A stretch of 64,000 bases of DNA, taken from assembly GCA_964402795.1 (NCBI GenBank), contig CAYODX010000013.1:2535-66534 (forward strand). The letters run 5' to 3'. The stretch is from an uncultured Terricaulis sp. GTDB lineage: Bacteria > Pseudomonadota > Alphaproteobacteria > Caulobacterales > Aquidulcibacteraceae. Below are positions 60,060 through 64,000 of the stretch, piece by piece (positions within the stretch are counted from its first letter, which is position 1; every line of letters begins with the position of its first letter). The position numbers and the translations under genes are program-made. The notes below the pieces were generated by a model. The model saw only the letters and a program-made list of their open reading frames with translations. It was not told where the DNA came from and searched no databases.

Positions 60060-61379
60060 ATGAGCCAGTATAGTGCGCCCCATGAGCTGAAGCCGCGGAT
60101 CGTGGTGTTCGGCGTCGGCGGCGCCGGCGGCAACGCCGTCAACAACATGATCGACGCGCGCCTGCAGGGTGTGGAGTTCGTGGTCGCCAACACCGACGCG
60201 CAGGCGCTGACGCGAGCGCGCACGTCAAACCAGCTGCAACTCGGTCACTCCATAACCGAAGGGCTGGGCGCGGGCGCGCGTCCGGAAGTGGGCCAAGCAG
60301 CGGCTCAGGAAAGTCAGCCCGAGATCATCGAGTTCCTCGACGGCGCGCACATGGTGTTCGTCGCCGCCGGCATGGGCGGCGGCACCGGGACGGGTGCTGC
60401 GCCGGTCATTGCGCGCACAGCGCGCGAGCGCGGCATCCTCACCATCGCTGTGGTCACCAAGCCTTTCCACTTCGAAGGCCAACGCCGCATGCAAATTGCC
60501 GAGGCCGGCATCCAGGAACTGCGCAAGCACGTCGACACGCTGATCGTCATCCCGAACCAAAATCTTTTCCGTGTCGCCAATGAGCGCACAACCTTCGCAG
60601 AAGCGTTCCAGCTCGCCGACCAGGTGCTCTATTCCGGCGTGCGCGGCGTCACCGACTTGATGGTGATGCCGGGCCTCATCAATCTCGACTTTGCAGACGT
60701 GCGCACGGTCATGGCCGAGATGGGAACGGCAATGATGGGCACTGGCGAAGCCGCCGGTCCCAACCGCGCTCTCGAAGCTGCGCATGGCGCCATGGCCAAT
60801 CCGCTCCTCGACATTGTCTCGATGCGCGGCGCCAAGGGCGTGCTGATCAACATCACCGGCGGGTTCGACATGACCCTCTATGAAGTCGATCAGGCCGCCA
60901 ACGAAATCCGCGCTGAAGTCGACCCGAATGCAAACATCATCCTGGGCTCCACTTTCGACGAGAGTCTTGAAGGCCGCATGCGCGTCGCGGTTGTCGCCAC
61001 AGGCATCGACGACGAAGCCATAGTGACACAGCAAACGGTGGTGGAGCCGGCGCGGCGCGCCGCGGAAGCGCCGCTGCGCCGGCCTGTGGTGGCGCCGAAG
61101 GCGGAGCCGCCGCCGGTGATCGAGCCCGTGCGCGAGAGTTACGAGGAGCCGCGCCCCAGCTTCGCCAACGACATCGAGCCCGAGCGCGAGACCCGCCGCG
61201 GCGGGGGGGGCTTTAGTCTGTTCGGTTGGAAGAAGCCCGATGCAGAGCCGCCGACCTCGCGCCGCGACCTGGACGAGCCGCCGCCGCGTCGGGTGCATGA
61301 GGATATCGTTCGCGACCCTGCCCTTGATGAAGAGCTTGAGATTCCGGCCTTTCTGCGCCGGCAGATAAATCCGCGCTAA
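60060..61379 (+). CDS. ftsZ: Cell division protein FtsZ
   Basis: [29 protein letters not shown]-terminal [10 protein letters not shown]. Confidence 0.98.
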   Translation: MSQYSAPHELKPRIVVFGVGGAGGNAVNNMIDARLQGVEFVVANTDAQALTRARTSNQLQLGHSITEGLGAGARPEVGQAAAQESQPEIIEFLDGAHMVFVAAGMGGGTGTGAAPVIARTARERGILTIAVVTKPFHFEGQRRMQIAEAGIQELRKHVDTLIVIPNQNLFRVANERTTFAEAFQLADQVLYSGVRGVTDLMVMPGLINLDFADVRTVMAEMGTAMMGTGEAAGPNRALEAAHGAMANPLLDIVSMRGAKGVLINITGGFDMTLYEVDQAANEIRAEVDPNANIILGSTFDESLEGRMRVAVVATGIDDEAIVTQQTVVEPARRAAEAPLRRPVVAPKAEPPPVIEPVRESYEEPRPSFANDIEPERETRRGGGGFSLFGWKKPDAEPPTSRRDLDEPPPRRVHEDIVRDPALDEELEIPAFLRRQINPR

Positions 61380-61439
61380 CCAGCGCATCCTTCGCGGCGC
61401 TATTCGCATCTCGAGATGAGTATGGCAGGGGAAGCGACG

Positions 61440-61868
61440 ATGAAGCCGCTCGCGATACTCGGGTGGACGCTGGGACTGGGCTTGCTCTGGAACGCGTTGG
61501 GCTGGTTCGGCAACAACCTCCTGCTCGGAACGGCGTGGGATGTCGTTGGCGCGCAGGCGACGCCCGCCTTTTCTCCGCCCTTTGAAGGCCTTTCGCGTGA
61601 GGCGATGACGCTCGTTCCCGATTTTATTTATGCTTTCGGCTTCACCTGGCTCTTCTCCCAAGGGCGCACGCAGAGCCTGGCTGCGGCCGTCAGGCTGGTG
61701 ACAGTGGTTTGGCTGGTCGGCGCCTGCGTCACCTACCTCGCCCTTGTCACCTCAGGTTTTTTGCCTTGGTCGATCGCGGTGCAGACGAGCTTGCTCGCGC
61801 TGCTCATCTTCGTTGTCACGGCGCCGATCCTGCCGCTTTCGCGCAAGCGCACAGCCCAGCCAGGCTGA
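61440..61868 (+). CDS. Hypothetical 4-TM membrane protein
   Basis: Hydrophobic segments; no family recognised. Confidence 0.65.
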   Translation: MKPLAILGWTLGLGLLWNALGWFGNNLLLGTAWDVVGAQATPAFSPPFEGLSREAMTLVPDFIYAFGFTWLFSQGRTQSLAAAVRLVTVVWLVGACVTYLALVTSGFLPWSIAVQTSLLALLIFVVTAPILPLSRKRTAQPG

Positions 61869-63587
61869 TCACACGCGCCACAAGGTCTTACGTAGCTTTG
61901 CTTCGCCGTCGGTCAGCACACCGGCTCGCGCAAGCGCATCGAAGCGTTCGAGCGCCGCGATGCGATGCGTCTCGGCGCGAGGGCCGCCGGCTGAAGCAAG
62001 ATGCGCTTCGACGATGGCGGTGAACCGCAGTGCGTCCATGCTGTTCAGGTCGAGGAAAATGCGCTGTGCGAGTGCAAGCTCGTCTTCCCAGGCTGCACGC
62101 GCCGTTGCGACGTCGCCTTGCGCCAATGCGGCCAGTCCAAGGCGCTCAAGCGCGACCGCAAGCGCCTCAGCGATGAGAGGATCGGTCGGCGACGCTTCGA
62201 AAAACCTCGCTCTGATCCGCGTGCTTTCCTGAAATGAAGCCAAGGCAGTGTCCGGCGCGTTCGCCGCGAGCGCCGCTTCGCCATGGCGGATGAGGGCGGC
62301 TGCGAGCCCGCGTGTGAATTGCGCATCATTGCCGTGTTCGGCGGCCATGCGGCGCAACTCGACCCCGCGCGCGAACGCCGCCATCGCCTGTTGCGTAGCG
62401 CCGCCTGCGCGCGCAACTTCGCCGAGCCTGTCCCAGCTCGCGGCGAGGTCGGTGTGCCAGATCGGGTGAGCAGCGGGCGCCGCGGCGAACGATTCCGCAT
62501 GCATGCGCGCGGCCTCGGCAGCCTCACGTGCGCGCTCGATATCATTCGCGCGCAGCGCTGCATCAGCCTGATCGAGCAGAGTGTGCGTCAGGAAGCGCGC
62601 CAGTGAATCGGCCTGCGGCGCGCGAGCACACAATTGCAGCGCCAGATGCCGCGCTTGCACAAGGGAGTCAGCGCAGCCCTGCAAATCACCGAGCGCTTCC
62701 AGCAACGCCGCACGCACCCGCCATGTGCCGGCGAGAGCCCACGCCTCGTTGGGATCACGCTTGGCGAGTTGCACCCGCGCTTGCAGAGCCCGGTCCATGG
62801 CCTCGCGCGCGCGATCCGCCATACCACGTGCGTAATCCGCTTCTGCGGCGAGCGCCCACGCGTCGGCCAATACGGCGCGCCAGTGCGGCTCATGCTTTTC
62901 GGTCACCGCCAAAGCTTCGTATCGACCAATGGCTTCGCCGAGTCGGCGCCGGGCGGAGACGGGCTCGTTGGCGTCGAGTTCGATCGCGCCCAAGCGCAAC
63001 TCGGCGTCGGCGATGTCGGCGGCCAGGACCGGCGATTCGCCGACCGCGGCCGCTGTTGCGCGGAGCAGCGCAAGCGCGCCCTCGGCGCCCGTGCGGGCTT
63101 GCAGCATCTTGCCTTCGGTGGCGTCGAGTTCGGCCAAGCGGCCCCGCGCCCGCGCGTACCAACGTGCGGCAGTGCTATTGCTCCGGTCGGCGGCGAGGAG
63201 GGCGTCCTCGATGCGCGCCACGTCCTGATAGCGTGCGCGCGCGGCGCTATGATTGCGCTCGAGCCGGTCAAGTTCGCCGAGCATGAACGAGGCGCGGGCG
63301 CGGGCCGCCTGATCAACAGCCTCTTGCAGCACCGCCTCAGCCTGACCGCGCGCGGTGCCCAGGTCCCCTTGTTCGGCTGCGAGGCGAGCTAACGCCAGCT
63401 GCGGCGCCGGATCGAGCGGCTCTAGCCGCGTCACCAGGACAAGCGCCCGTTGCGCCAAAGCTGGGTCGTCACGTTCCGCCATCGCGGCCGCGCGCCGGGC
63501 AGCCAATGCGGCGTTGGGGCCGCCCTGCGAGGCGTACTGCAAAAGCACCTCGGCGGTAACCTTTTGTGCCCGATTTTCTTCAGTCAT
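61869..63587 (-). CDS. TPR-like helical repeat protein
   Basis: Ala-rich repeated helices (DIADAELRLG, DLAASWDRLG, ALAVALERLG). Confidence 0.75.
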   Translation of the reverse strand: MTEENRAQKVTAEVLLQYASQGGPNAALAARRAAAMAERDDPALAQRALVLVTRLEPLDPAPQLALARLAAEQGDLGTARGQAEAVLQEAVDQAARARASFMLGELDRLERNHSAARARYQDVARIEDALLAADRSNSTAARWYARARGRLAELDATEGKMLQARTGAEGALALLRATAAAVGESPVLAADIADAELRLGAIELDANEPVSARRRLGEAIGRYEALAVTEKHEPHWRAVLADAWALAAEADYARGMADRAREAMDRALQARVQLAKRDPNEAWALAGTWRVRAALLEALGDLQGCADSLVQARHLALQLCARAPQADSLARFLTHTLLDQADAALRANDIERAREAAEAARMHAESFAAAPAAHPIWHTDLAASWDRLGEVARAGGATQQAMAAFARGVELRRMAAEHGNDAQFTRGLAAALIRHGEAALAANAPDTALASFQESTRIRARFFEASPTDPLIAEALAVALERLGLAALAQGDVATARAAWEDELALAQRIFLDLNSMDALRFTAIVEAHLASAGGPRAETHRIAALERFDALARAGVLTDGEAKLRKTLWRV

Positions 63588-63715
63588 TGCAATAACTTAA
63601 ACAGCATCTTTCGACAGTCATAAACAGTAACGCAACGTGTGTTGTCGGCATCGGAACAGGCGCCTTAGAGGGAGGTTCGGGTCGGGGGGCCCGACAAGGT
63701 CCGCGGGGGACAAGA

Positions 63716-64000
63716 GTGGTTTCGGTGCGTCGTCAGCAAACTATAGCAGGACCAGCCATGTGCGCAGGGGTAGGCGTGCACACCGGCGCCCATGTGCGCT
63801 TGGTGCTTTCGCCTGCACCGGTGGATTCTGGCATCGTTTTCATTCGCACCGATGTGCGCGACGCGGACAATGCTATCCGCGCCGAAGCGGGTTCTGTTTC
63901 GCAGACGCGGAACTGCACCACCATCGGCAATAGTGCGGGCGTCGAACTGGCTACGATCGAACATTTGATGTCTGCTTGCGCAGGCCTCGGTGTTGATAAC
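63716..64000 (+). CDS. lpxC: UDP-3-O-acyl-GlcNAc deacetylase, N-terminal part (runs off window end)
   Basis: Hand translation: QQTIAG..GVGVHTG..PAPVDSGIVFIRTD..TIEHLMSACAGLGVDN. Confidence 0.93.
   Translation, partial: MVSVRRQQTIAGPAMCAGVGVHTGAHVRLVLSPAPVDSGIVFIRTDVRDADNAIRAEAGSVSQTRNCTTIGNSAGVELATIEHLMSACAGLGVDN

Overview
GC-rich alphaproteobacterial chromosomal window. Caulobacterales/Hyphomonadaceae-like origin is inferred from gene content and regulatory motifs. It is mostly core housekeeping genes (emrAB, ileS-lspA, M16 protease pair, mutL, folP, thiD, serC-serA, purA, rpoH, rluD, phoD, folE, cysS, yidD-thrS, ftsZ, 5' end of lpxC). I found no prophage, transposase or CRISPR array. The most notable signals are non-coding or very short and are largely missed by the ORF track. 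(1) At 13163-14656 (-) a stand-alone rtcB RNA ligase is preceded by a non-canonical tRNA-Gly(GCC)-like gene (C33, U38, G15:G48). Both sit behind a 31-codon leader ORF with mutually exclusive antiterminator/terminator helices. This looks like a ribosome-sensing RNA-repair module with no rtcR/rtcA/rsr beside it. (2) A Thr-rich leader peptide precedes yidD-thrS, and a leader with Ile codons (including rare ATA) precedes ileS. (3) Four GGAAC-N16/17-NGTT (EcfG/sigma-T type) promoters occur, one in front of a nucleotidyltransferase-metallophosphoesterase pair. Product calls come from motif recognition by eye; no database searches or folding programs were run. Starts were adjusted from the ORF track where a better start was visible.
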